A stretch of 64,000 nt of DNA from an uncultured virus (IMG/VR IMGVR_UViG_3300030103_005513) (Duplodnaviria; Heunggongvirae; Uroviricota; Caudoviricetes), in IMG/VR virus record IMGVR_UViG_3300030103_005513, positions 1 through 64,000 of that record, one strand, 5' to 3'. The notes under the pieces are model-generated. The model ran no database searches, had not been told where the DNA came from, and saw only the letters and a list, made by a program, of their open reading frames with translations. Numbering within the stretch: position 1 is the first letter of the stretch; each line of letters starts with the position of its first letter. A program made the translations under genes and the position numbers. Positions 19,501 through 27,982 of the stretch are shown piece after piece.

Positions 19501-22203
19501 AGTGATAGTGCTGATACCACCAGGATTAGTATTGATACCTATATTGAATATATTATCACCACTCACACCTGTAACTTCAAATAATCCGTTGAATCCTTGA
19601 TTATCAACACCGTTCTCATTATTACCACTTCTTACTCTGCTTACCTCAATAATATTACCAACACTAAGTCTATGAGGACTTTGTGATGTTATAATACCTG
19701 AATTGCTACTTGAATCCCATGTGGCATCTATGATTGCGTTATTGGTTCTAAGGTTTGATACTGATGTAAGATCAGTGTTATCATTTCTGTAGAAGGTGTC
19801 ATCAATGAGTGTTGCTGATTCCTGTAATGAGAAACCATTTGTAGGTGCAGCTGCAGTGGTGGAGTCATCAGGCACCACAAATCTCACACGGTATATCTTC
19901 TCTAAATCTTTTCTTGTCTCAGGTGTTCTTACTATAAAGGAGTTGTTTGTATCTACTGATACGACACCTTGATTGGTAACAATCGCAGCACGTAATGAGT
20001 TTGCTGCACCAACATTTACATACCATCCATTAGTGGTGTCATATTGTATTGGATGACCTGGTTCGCCAGGTTCCTTACCCTCTACTGTGGACACAACTCT
20101 TATCTTACCACCAAGATTGTTTATACCAGTAAGACTACTGCCTGCAGTGGCATTATTGAAAGTGGTTGCAATTTTTATCTGATCAGTCTGTAATCCAGAT
20201 GTGATAGCAAAGTAATCTCTATCTGATTCGATGTTATCTGGTAATGACCCTGTATCTGAATAGAATCTTATTTTCTCACCAGTATTGAACTTATGCACAT
20301 CCTCAAGAGTTATCACATTACTTGTGATAGAGTTGATACCAGAGTTACTTCCTACAAATATCTCTTTCTTACCCGATGCCCATGTGTCAGTGTCAGTAAG
20401 AGGTCCTGGCATAAGGATATCAGCACCATATACAATATTTTGAATAGAACAGAATAACTTATCTCCAATCTTATTACCTACAGTAAACCCACTTGCGGTC
20501 TTTACTGGTACAGTATCCTTGACCTTGAAACCAGACAAATACAATTGAGTATCAGTGGATACACCTATTGTTGATTGTACATCTATTGCTATCCAGTTGA
20601 CATCCTCTGTCTTATTGAATGTCTTTTTAGGTGGTACGATACCTGTGATATACGCCTTATCGTCCTTGATAAATGCTTGAGACTTGAATCCATCAGACTC
20701 AAGTGCAGTGTGACCAAAGTTTGAGTTAGAGTTTGTAAGTGATATATCACCACCAGACTCAGTAACAAACTGCTTCGCATAACCCACAGCGAAACAAGAT
20801 ACAATCTGTAGCACAGAGTCTCTTGTTACCTTGATGTGGAAGTTCTCATACTCTGGTTTATACAGTGCCAGACCATCAGTGTGTAGGGTGACTGATGTAC
20901 CAAGAGTTGCTTGGTCTTGCCATGTACCTGAAGTTTTGTTATATTTTACAAACGCATTGTCATCTTTCTGTAGTCCTATGCCTGTGAACTGTGCACAAAC
21001 CATAGATTTGAAACCAGTTGCCTTACTACCATCAGACAACATACCACACATACCAAATACTGAACGTAGAGAACAGTTGAATACGTATGGTGAGGCAGAC
21101 GTGACACTATCACTCTCAACAATTACGATTGGAGCGAGACCTGTGAGTGATGGTGTAGCAGTTGAAGGAGGTGCAACAGGCACTGTGTATGTAAATGATG
21201 TCGTGCTAAGAACCTGTGCTACAACATGACTACCATCATAATCACTATTGTTTACGCCATTTATAATTATTGGTGTTTCTACATTGAGGTTATGCTCTGT
21301 CTTTGTAATTACTGTGACCACTGTGGTAGCGGTAGCAGATGACGCATCTGTACCAGAGAATATGTCCTGTATCTCAAGATCACCGAGTCTTGATATCGCA
21401 CCAACGATACGAGATTCGTCAACTGTCTTCTGGAAATCAGAGTTTGCAGGGTAGTTGGGGAGTGCTCTACCACTGTTTGTACCATAAGCAAGAGTCAACT
21501 TAGCATAATACATGTCTAAGTCAGTGTTACCCTTGCCTTCTACAACGTTATTACCATCAGCAAATTCAAAACAAGTTAGTTTATGGTGTGAATAGTTTGG
21601 AGCATATACATTACTGGTGTAATCCTTAAAAATTCTATCAGCAGGGTCACCATCAAATAAACTGAAGTTGAAGAAGAAACAACCACCAGTTACTCTGAAT
21701 ATCGCTGTTCTTTCTATATTGTCATTGTCTGGTTGCGGTATGAACTTTGGTCTTATCTTTGTCTTTCTAAGATCCATACCGATGATGGATGTACCTCTTG
21801 GTAATATAACTCCACCATGAACAGAGTTGAAATGATATAGTACATTGTCTGGATCTTGTATATCAAACTTAGTTCCAATAGATAACTCACTAATTGACGC
21901 AGCAGTGCCATTGACATCGGTAACATTACCACTATCATCAATCACAAAACCTGGTCTATTATCAATATAGTGTGTGCCAGGTGACACCATTATTGTAGTT
22001 TTATCAAACTTATCGTTATCTTTACCTAACTGATATGAGAATCTAGCAGACTCTATCAGTGCTCTCTGTATAGTTTTGAACGGACGAGTTCTGGAATTAC
22101 CAGTGTTGCTTACGTCATCTGTTGCATCAAGTTCCTCAGGATTAACGTATATAACGTTACCCTGTACATTTTTTAGAAAATTTTCAAGTCTACTAAGTGG
22201 CAT
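16528..22203 (-). CDS. Large virion structural/fibre protein with C-terminal tail-collar domain
   Basis: RPFKTIQRALIE N-terminus; PIGGIIMWSG..WQLCNG..TPNL collar; HTH/HGH motifs; NLPPYYAIAYIMR end. Confidence 0.8.
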   Translation of the reverse strand: MPLSRLENFLKNVQGNVIYVNPEELDATDDVSNTGNSRTRPFKTIQRALIESARFSYQLGKDNDKFDKTTIMVSPGTHYIDNRPGFVIDDSGNVTDVNGTAASISELSIGTKFDIQDPDNVLYHFNSVHGGVILPRGTSIIGMDLRKTKIRPKFIPQPDNDNIERTAIFRVTGGCFFFNFSLFDGDPADRIFKDYTSNVYAPNYSHHKLTCFEFADGNNVVEGKGNTDLDMYYAKLTLAYGTNSGRALPNYPANSDFQKTVDESRIVGAISRLGDLEIQDIFSGTDASSATATTVVTVITKTEHNLNVETPIIINGVNNSDYDGSHVVAQVLSTTSFTYTVPVAPPSTATPSLTGLAPIVIVESDSVTSASPYVFNCSLRSVFGMCGMLSDGSKATGFKSMVCAQFTGIGLQKDDNAFVKYNKTSGTWQDQATLGTSVTLHTDGLALYKPEYENFHIKVTRDSVLQIVSCFAVGYAKQFVTESGGDISLTNSNSNFGHTALESDGFKSQAFIKDDKAYITGIVPPKKTFNKTEDVNWIAIDVQSTIGVSTDTQLYLSGFKVKDTVPVKTASGFTVGNKIGDKLFCSIQNIVYGADILMPGPLTDTDTWASGKKEIFVGSNSGINSITSNVITLEDVHKFNTGEKIRFYSDTGSLPDNIESDRDYFAITSGLQTDQIKIATTFNNATAGSSLTGINNLGGKIRVVSTVEGKEPGEPGHPIQYDTTNGWYVNVGAANSLRAAIVTNQGVVSVDTNNSFIVRTPETRKDLEKIYRVRFVVPDDSTTAAAPTNGFSLQESATLIDDTFYRNDNTDLTSVSNLRTNNAIIDATWDSSSNSGIITSQSPHRLSVGNIIEVSRVRSGNNENGVDNQGFNGLFEVTGVSGDNIFNIGINTNPGGISTITANVPYTRHDQSVVGSGRTFAPFFTKREFNKTYQVFNNEVVQEFKKDVQDGIYDLTVLGYISQPNVSPFSTTVNFFAQNINNLRPKTDVDNINFDPDAAVSHALREKIGQVITNDPKNSITKELVHSFIQESNLGIGVTGGGHDTGQITIDTGVDHGLNGITGFSNNTGGVGYGTSSGDAEFYFNIPLKGGNGKGATVDVTVGASGTITSVDINNYGSAYEVGDILQIQGVPFRPSGSTTDCALTVGTINNAKGDIIQVIGVGSDSYNGVHKITNIDDSKQIKYGGSADNDFSESGGFIYHVGVSTQVTNILHDRLSGIATVTLHSDIGLRRGDEIIISGANSVYNGTHTITDRIGYGSSLTVNIGRTASQPAFSGAAAIAHGSGISAKGFNQTMPIYGGFTTELNSAVTATSASINLADRSMLKRGDYLQIEDEIVRITDKNRTKILRGALGTNATSHAKNVAAVKIKVIPVETRRNSLIRASGHTFEYVGFGPGNYSTAMPQVQDRVLDNDEQILAQSEQTRGGLVVYTAMNDKGEFFIGRKKIDALTGEEVSTIDEFDTTSVSAPTAQLPSVASFDNLTVNQNFYSNANTDVIDLKLRGNRTGAIGKQVFVGVQETEPPSSQTGDNVLFATSVNRGGYVGWVQTNETGTEKWQRFGPVSTENGSEHYVFDRVAIGQTYADTGEVMSVTGNASVGSLKVDDLTIGRVVTIGANGELQDNSALTFAGATLTANTLSVDVNATVGVDATINRNLTVVGITTAEHLHSTDDIIAGDRIEAGGDVQGVNLIATANAQVTGDVTAANVTASATVQAEQLTSTDDANITGTCTAGDFVGNGTIPIGGIIMWSGTDGNIPSNWQLCNGTNGTPNLIDKFIVGRGSAYAAGDTGGSKDAIVPTHTHTATGGSHGHPVRHSTQQTGAVTADASGGYILDNTGVQDFAANNSTPGSTSGDQIGQSGSLSLTAAAPAGSSSVTDANLPPYYAIAYIMRIS

Positions 22204-22233
22204 TACCTACCTTCTGACACCATTCCTTCAACT

Positions 22234-22241
22234 TATTTATA
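22234..22241 (-). promoter_or_regulatory. T4-type late promoter
   Basis: TATAAATA 31 bp upstream of the start at 22203. Confidence 0.7.
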
Positions 22242-22246
22242 CCCTA

Positions 22247-22585
22247 TCAGATTCGTGGTATTCTCTGCACAAGTGGTACTATGTCGGATTCAACCTTTTC
22301 AACTATCTGATCTATGATGTTTATATCTATATCCATAAAAGGAGGTGTGATGCCCAATAATCTCAAAAGACCATCAACAAATAAAGCAAGTGTAGTGAAA
22401 CCTAGAATCATACTGATGATTGTAGCATCACGATTATGCTTTGCCATAGACTCTTCATCTATACGTCTTGCTTCATCAACAGCATCCTTGATAAGTTTGT
22501 CAACTTCATTCTTAGTGTAGAATTGACCTACAACAGGCACGTCGTGAAACTTGATATCTGATAATGGTAATTTTACTTTAGACAT
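22247..22585 (-). CDS. Hypothetical membrane protein
   Basis: Hydrophobic IISMILGFTTLALFVDGLLRLL segment; start taken at MSKVKL. Confidence 0.65.
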   Translation of the reverse strand: MSKVKLPLSDIKFHDVPVVGQFYTKNEVDKLIKDAVDEARRIDEESMAKHNRDATIISMILGFTTLALFVDGLLRLLGITPPFMDIDINIIDQIVEKVESDIVPLVQRIPRI

Positions 22586-22763
22586 AGACCACCTTGATTT
22601 CGTCATCAATCTCCTCTGCTACTTTAGCAACTTCTAGAACTCTCATAAACTGATCAACATCATCACACTCTATTTTTTTGATGTCTGCATCAGAACCATA
22701 GATTCTGAACCATCTTCCAGACAGGGAGATTTCTAGGCGGTCAACGTATTGATCGGTAAACAT
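22578..22763 (-). CDS. Hypothetical protein
   Basis: Start taken at MFTDQY, downstream of the promoter at 22778-22810. Confidence 0.6.
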   Translation of the reverse strand: MFTDQYVDRLEISLSGRWFRIYGSDADIKKIECDDVDQFMRVLEVAKVAEEIDDEIKVVYV

Positions 22764-22777
22764 AGTATTAGAAGTTT

Positions 22778-22810
22778 TATTTAGTATAGCACAACGAAAT
22801 TCAAAGTCAA
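22778..22810 (-). promoter_or_regulatory. Overlapping sigma70-like and late promoters
   Basis: TTGACT-N16-TATACT with TGn extension; CTAAATA at 22778-22784. Confidence 0.5.
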
Positions 22811-22812
22811 AT

Positions 22813-23046
22813 CTAAGACGTGATTGATTTTTCTTTCGCATGGATATGATAATATGCATTGATTGATCCACCAGAAGCATTTCTAATGATGACCTTAGCC
22901 CCGTACTCTATTGCTTGCACAAATAGATTTTGATACACACCGATAGGTGTCACGTTTACACAGATAGTCTCAGGATCTATGTTTCCTACCATATAATCAG
23001 GTAATTCAATTACTCCGTCAACTCTGACGATTCCGCAAGTTTCCAT
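22813..23046 (-). CDS. Hypothetical protein, partial paralog of the 23060-23881 C-terminus
   Basis: IELPDY..ICVNVTPIG versus IVLPEY..ITVQITPIG; start taken at METCG. Confidence 0.6.
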   Translation of the reverse strand: METCGIVRVDGVIELPDYMVGNIDPETICVNVTPIGVYQNLFVQAIEYGAKVIIRNASGGSINAYYHIHAKEKSITS

Positions 23047-23059
23047 AGTTTTATTTTTA

Positions 23060-23881
23060 TTATATAACAGTTTTGGTATTTTGACCAGTATCAAAGTTAG
23101 GATCTTTTATGTTTCTTTCCTCATCGTCAGGTGCCAATTTAAAGTTGGGGTCAGGATAATTTTTCCATGTCTCACCCTCATACTCTACAATAAGTGGGTT
23201 GATGTCATTCCTTTCGCCAACAATCATATAAAAACAATCTATATCTGAATCAGATTCCAACACTACTTTCTCACTATCAAAGGACTTGACATATATGTCT
23301 TCTTGTTTACCTATTGGTGTAATTTGTACAGTAATACTATCTTCATACACCAAGTTTTTCCAGTACTCTGGTAGAACTATCTCCGTGCCTACACACCTAC
23401 CTCTGTGATACACTGCTACTTCAGGACCCTCAATACATGCATATCTCAATCTATACCCTTCTTTGGTAGGATGCTTTATATCAAAAGATTTACCAAGTGC
23501 ATCAGCAGTGCTAAACCTTTCGGCAAGTAATCCTTTGTTACCACAATCAACTTTACCATTTATTTTTACATCACCCTGTATTATTACAGCGTTTGGAAAA
23601 TTATCTCCAAAAGGATCTTGTGCAATCTCAACATCACCCTCCACACTAAGAGCTAGACCTTTTACTAAAGGTTTGAATTTTTGAATACCTAAACCAGTTC
23701 CTATATTAACATGACCTGCTGCTATGTCACTATGCTCACCAAGAAACACAGGTCCTACTGCTGCAAGTGTACCCTCAAATTCTTTGTCACCATCTAAAGT
23801 TTCTTTTGATTGATCTTGTTTTCTTGGAAACTCAGGTCCTATGTAAACCTTCCCTGTAGAAAGGTCTCTCATCTCTGCCAT
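23060..23881 (-). CDS. Virion/baseplate-associated protein
   Basis: KSFDIKHPTKEGYRLRYACIEGPE domain seen at ends of phage fibre/spike proteins; downstream of gp5. Confidence 0.6.
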   Translation of the reverse strand: MAEMRDLSTGKVYIGPEFPRKQDQSKETLDGDKEFEGTLAAVGPVFLGEHSDIAAGHVNIGTGLGIQKFKPLVKGLALSVEGDVEIAQDPFGDNFPNAVIIQGDVKINGKVDCGNKGLLAERFSTADALGKSFDIKHPTKEGYRLRYACIEGPEVAVYHRGRCVGTEIVLPEYWKNLVYEDSITVQITPIGKQEDIYVKSFDSEKVVLESDSDIDCFYMIVGERNDINPLIVEYEGETWKNYPDPNFKLAPDDEERNIKDPNFDTGQNTKTVI

Positions 23882-23882
23882 A

Positions 23883-24479
23883 CTAACCCTTTAGATTTTT
23901 AATTTGTCCCTCTATATATTCTCTCATGAACGCAGGGCATATCTTTGTAATTGGTTCATGTAATCTAATACACTGTCCTATGAGTATAGTCCATCCCTCA
24001 GAGTGTGACAAGATTCTTTCTTTAGCATCATGCGTGACGTTCTCTGCAGTTACAATATAGTCTCTACCAGATGATATTCTTATGTCACTCTCTGCATTCA
24101 CATTCACACCCACTCCATCATCCGCATATGACGTAAGTTGAATACGCTCTGCTTTTACAGAAAATGTTCTTTTACAAACAATGTTTATGTCACCCTCAGA
24201 TGTAATGGTAAGTGGAGCGTCTGTACAAGACTGTATAATTTGAGAACCGTCTTTCTGATTTCGTTTACCATCTTTAGGATCAGCAGTTGCACTCGATTGT
24301 AATTCAAAACCACCGTCTCTAAAAAGTCTCAGATGATTATCTGATTTGCTCGCATATAGACCTATATCTCTTGGTCTTTTGGAGTCTTTGCCCTCTGCCC
24401 CCATGATTATGTGACCACTCTCATTGTGGTTTATAATAATGGGAGGTATTTTACTTTTATCTTTTTTCTCTTTTGCCAT
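23883..24479 (-). CDS. Putative baseplate spike beta-helix protein (gp5 C-terminal-like)
   Basis: Directly after gp5; HNESGHII and alternating beta-strand pattern. Confidence 0.45.
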   Translation of the reverse strand: MAKEKKDKSKIPPIIINHNESGHIIMGAEGKDSKRPRDIGLYASKSDNHLRLFRDGGFELQSSATADPKDGKRNQKDGSQIIQSCTDAPLTITSEGDINIVCKRTFSVKAERIQLTSYADDGVGVNVNAESDIRISSGRDYIVTAENVTHDAKERILSHSEGWTILIGQCIRLHEPITKICPAFMREYIEGQIKNLKG

Positions 24480-26506
24480 TAGTAAAATCTAGGACAACTG
24501 ATTACAGTTATAATTTTAGCTTGAGGTACAATAGGATCAGTGTATGCCTCACGCTTGACAAATCTAGTTATAGGTATAACATCTGCACCAAATCCAGTCT
24601 CGCTTTGAATTGTAAATGCAGGTATTTCTGATAAACCTTGATCAACTTTGCCATATCCACCTACTATTCTACCATCTTCAATTACTGGTGTCATTGTTTG
24701 TCCACTATCACTCACTATGAGATCACCCTCTTGATACCCTGCACCAGTTGAAACCACTCTTACACCATCTACCTCACCTATAACATCTACACCCTCAGTG
24801 TCTGCAATTTGTTCACCACCCAAATAATTTGAACCCCCATTAGATATAATTATGTTTATCACCTCACCATCTTCGACAATCGCTTCTGCAGTAGCACCTC
24901 TTCCAATATCACAATCATCAACAATTGATACAAAAGGAGGTTCAAGATATCCTACACCTGTGTCTTGCATTCTTACACCTATCACCTCTCCTATCTCGTT
25001 GACCACTGCATCAGCTGCTGCACCAATACCACCACCACCAAATATTACCACTCTAGGTGGATAACATTGTTTGGATGAAACATTACAACCATCTACCAAA
25101 CCTGCTAGTGGTGATGAACCACTTGGAGATCCAGTGGTGTCGCCTATCTTTGCTTGATTTGGAAAAGATAAGTCTACAAGATCATCTAAAAGATTAGGTA
25201 GACCACTGCCATTGAGAGTATGAAATCTACTAAGGATATTATCTAATTTTAAGACACTTTTTGGATCAGGACCTGAATTCAATACAAAATCAAATGCATC
25301 GTCACACTTACCACCTGTACAATCAAATAATTTTTTCGCTGCACTTACACGTCCTAAAGCATCTGCCATCAAACCTGAAAAACTTGGCATCGCTTTACCT
25401 GTAAAAGCACTCAAAGCACCAAGAATAGGTGCTATTGCCGATTGAATTTTATCTGTTATACCTGCTATCAATCCTCCTAAAAATTGCTCAGCTGCACATA
25501 AGGGGATGTTTACAACCTTTCCAAACAGTTCTTTCAAGAATTTTGTGATAAAATTTTGCAACCCTTTTAGAACATTTTCAATAGCACAATAAAAACCATC
25601 CTTGAGTTTTTTTGCCTTTATACTATCTGTAAGCCAAGTGGGTGATAAGAAATCTAATTTCTCGTTTATTTTTTTATTGATTTCATCAAACGCTTTATAC
25701 CTTACCCCTCTTATCAACCCTGCCATGGCACCTGAAATTTCTCTTACCGCTTTATCCAACTCTTTATCAAAATCAATAATTTTACCTAAAACAGGATCAA
25801 TAAATCCACCAGAGAAAGGTGTCAACTTTGAGAAAACTTCAAAAATTTCTTGCAGAGCTTTTGAGATATTACTCATTTTTTGCTTTGCATCTTCACACTC
25901 AGCAGATGAAAGTCTTACTTTTTTAGTAACATTATCGTTTGCTTTTAGTTTTGTTTTTGTCTTTATCTTACTATTGTTTGGCACATACCCATCACTGTCA
26001 ATGACTACACCAGAAGTCTTAGGTTTTTCATCATTTATTAGTGAGTTACCATCAGCATTGTCCAATAAATGATCAAATGATAGTGCACCAAAACCAGTGG
26101 TTCCTTTTTTCAGAGCTTCATTATATGATACTATATCTTCAATATTATAATTTGCAAAAAATGCACCAATGACCACAGGTTGTTGTGCCTCTTCTCCATC
26201 AAGAAAGAAACCAACCACCATCTCACCACCTTGTAATGCAAATGAGGTGCCTGTGTTATTATTACCTGCACCAAATTGAGGTGCAACTAAGAAGTGTGCC
26301 CAAGGTAAATTTTCATCAGAGATACCTCCCTCCGTTTCATTTTGGTGAGGGTGGTATCCAAGAATTCTTATCTTTGCTCTAAAACCATTATTAAATGATT
26401 GATTGTCTTCAACTCTCCATGCTTTATCAGGTGCAACCTGTGCAATGAACCATTGAAAACCGTCTTTACCAAGGAATTCTGTATTTGAATGTCTTGTATC
26501 AAGCAT
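24479..26506 (-). CDS. gp5: Baseplate hub/spike protein gp5-like (OB-fold; no lysozyme domain recognised)
   Basis: DGFQWFIAQV..RAKIRILGYH..LPWA..GEMVVGFFLDGEEAQQPVVIG. Confidence 0.85.
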   Translation of the reverse strand: MLDTRHSNTEFLGKDGFQWFIAQVAPDKAWRVEDNQSFNNGFRAKIRILGYHPHQNETEGGISDENLPWAHFLVAPQFGAGNNNTGTSFALQGGEMVVGFFLDGEEAQQPVVIGAFFANYNIEDIVSYNEALKKGTTGFGALSFDHLLDNADGNSLINDEKPKTSGVVIDSDGYVPNNSKIKTKTKLKANDNVTKKVRLSSAECEDAKQKMSNISKALQEIFEVFSKLTPFSGGFIDPVLGKIIDFDKELDKAVREISGAMAGLIRGVRYKAFDEINKKINEKLDFLSPTWLTDSIKAKKLKDGFYCAIENVLKGLQNFITKFLKELFGKVVNIPLCAAEQFLGGLIAGITDKIQSAIAPILGALSAFTGKAMPSFSGLMADALGRVSAAKKLFDCTGGKCDDAFDFVLNSGPDPKSVLKLDNILSRFHTLNGSGLPNLLDDLVDLSFPNQAKIGDTTGSPSGSSPLAGLVDGCNVSSKQCYPPRVVIFGGGGIGAAADAVVNEIGEVIGVRMQDTGVGYLEPPFVSIVDDCDIGRGATAEAIVEDGEVINIIISNGGSNYLGGEQIADTEGVDVIGEVDGVRVVSTGAGYQEGDLIVSDSGQTMTPVIEDGRIVGGYGKVDQGLSEIPAFTIQSETGFGADVIPITRFVKREAYTDPIVPQAKIITVISCPRFY

Positions 26507-26733
26507 TAGTCATCGTACATTAGACACTCAGGTTCGTCGGGGTGCATTTCACAGAATAATTCTAAAGCGTTTGGATCATGATGATCACCTGCTTCAATTT
26601 CGTCATGATGGTGATCTACGTACTCCTCAAGTTCATGTAACTCATCCAGAGTATGTCTCCTCATGGGTTCTGAGGTTTTAGGATCAGCAAGAAGTTCTTT
26701 GTCATGCTGAATGTGGTCTTCGATTGTTTTCAT
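26506..26733 (-). CDS. cp12: CP12 Calvin-cycle inhibitor
   Basis: C-terminal LELFCEMHPDEPECLMYDD; start taken at MKTIEDH (75 aa). Confidence 0.9.
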   Translation of the reverse strand: MKTIEDHIQHDKELLADPKTSEPMRRHTLDELHELEEYVDHHHDEIEAGDHHDPNALELFCEMHPDEPECLMYDD

Positions 26734-26734
26734 G

Positions 26735-27982
26735 TTACTCGTGTGTGGTAAATGAATCTCTAACGAGAGTAAGTCCAGTAAAGTCACCATCTGTGTTTCC
26801 CAATTCATGAGATAATCTGGCAATCATATAATTGCCACTCTCAGGTGAGTTTTTAGGAATACTCCTATCAGTATTTATGTTAGGAAATCTGATCTTGAGC
26901 ATCATACCTGCCCTCAATGAAAGATTCATAGGAATTGTAATATCAAGCATTTGTGAGAATAAAGCAGAGTATCTTGCTGATGCTTGTGCCTGTGTTCGTG
27001 CTTGATCCTGAGGTGTTGCTAAACCTTCACCCTTTGGAGGTATGGTAGTAGTTCCCTGATCAATAGTACCTAAAATTATTCTAGAGTAAAAATCTCTGTA
27101 ATCTTTAGGTGTCACGTCCTCATCATTCGCTTTCTCTACACTCTTATTATACTTGAAATTGTAAAACTCAACCTTTCTTGTTATAACATCGTAATACCAG
27201 TTCGCTGTGCTATATGAACCTGCTCTCAATTTTTTTACAATATCATGACTCTCCTTGAAATTTGGTTCGCTTGCCACAAAAAAATTATTTTCTGGGTCAA
27301 CGTGTATTTTTACAGGTGTCATTACATACTCATCTTCAATTGGATCACCTGCAAATAATTTATCAATACTCTTGAATTGATATCCATCCAGAGTCTCATA
27401 GAATAAAAATCCAGCAGTTCCAGAATTTGCACCACCTTTTGAAAATGTGGTGGGTATTGATTTTTTACATAGATCTGCTATACACTTGAATGGTCTCCTA
27501 TAATTTCCAAAAAACTCACTCTTGTTAGCAGTCTCGTCCACTGTAACCTTTGCACCAATTAATTTCACTAATTCCTTGACTGTATTAGAAATAGATCCTT
27601 GATATTTCTTAGTAACTCGTGTGGTCTCATTTGATAATGCTGTCGTTGTTTCACACGTCAGAGTATAAATTTCTCTTTTTTGGTCTATAGTGTGACCAAA
27701 TATATTTGATATGACTAATTCAAGTTCCACCTCTTCATCTTGACTGGGGTGTTGGTACCTCAATCTGACTGCTGATCCACTTCTTATTGGTAATTTATTG
27801 ATTATTCCTAAAGCATCTATAACACTGATCTCAACATGTAATGATGGGTCTATAACATCTTCATAGTATTTGACGTAACTTAGTTGCAAACCTACATCAA
27901 CATAGTCTCCACCTCTATCATCAGGGAACACCTTGAATTCCTTGATGACATGCCCTTTAGTCCATAGCACATTTTTATTCAT
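26735..27982 (-). CDS. Baseplate hub protein (gp27/late control D-like)
   Basis: GFLFYETLDGYQFKSID, LRAG..SGNYMIARLSH..TLVRDS; adjacent to gp5. Confidence 0.6.
   Translation of the reverse strand: MNKNVLWTKGHVIKEFKVFPDDRGGDYVDVGLQLSYVKYYEDVIDPSLHVEISVIDALGIINKLPIRSGSAVRLRYQHPSQDEEVELELVISNIFGHTIDQKREIYTLTCETTTALSNETTRVTKKYQGSISNTVKELVKLIGAKVTVDETANKSEFFGNYRRPFKCIADLCKKSIPTTFSKGGANSGTAGFLFYETLDGYQFKSIDKLFAGDPIEDEYVMTPVKIHVDPENNFFVASEPNFKESHDIVKKLRAGSYSTANWYYDVITRKVEFYNFKYNKSVEKANDEDVTPKDYRDFYSRIILGTIDQGTTTIPPKGEGLATPQDQARTQAQASARYSALFSQMLDITIPMNLSLRAGMMLKIRFPNINTDRSIPKNSPESGNYMIARLSHELGNTDGDFTGLTLVRDSFTTHE

Noticed and set aside
6293..21454. Many plus-strand ORFs of 60-165 aa opposite the fibre genes
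   Set aside because: Antisense shadows of T/S/G/A-rich coding sequence, with no motifs or expression signals
26734..26823. Extended N-termini in the ORF track (cp12, gp32, DUF4278, DenV-like and others)
   Set aside because: They overlap upstream genes or regulatory leaders; downstream ATGs match family starts
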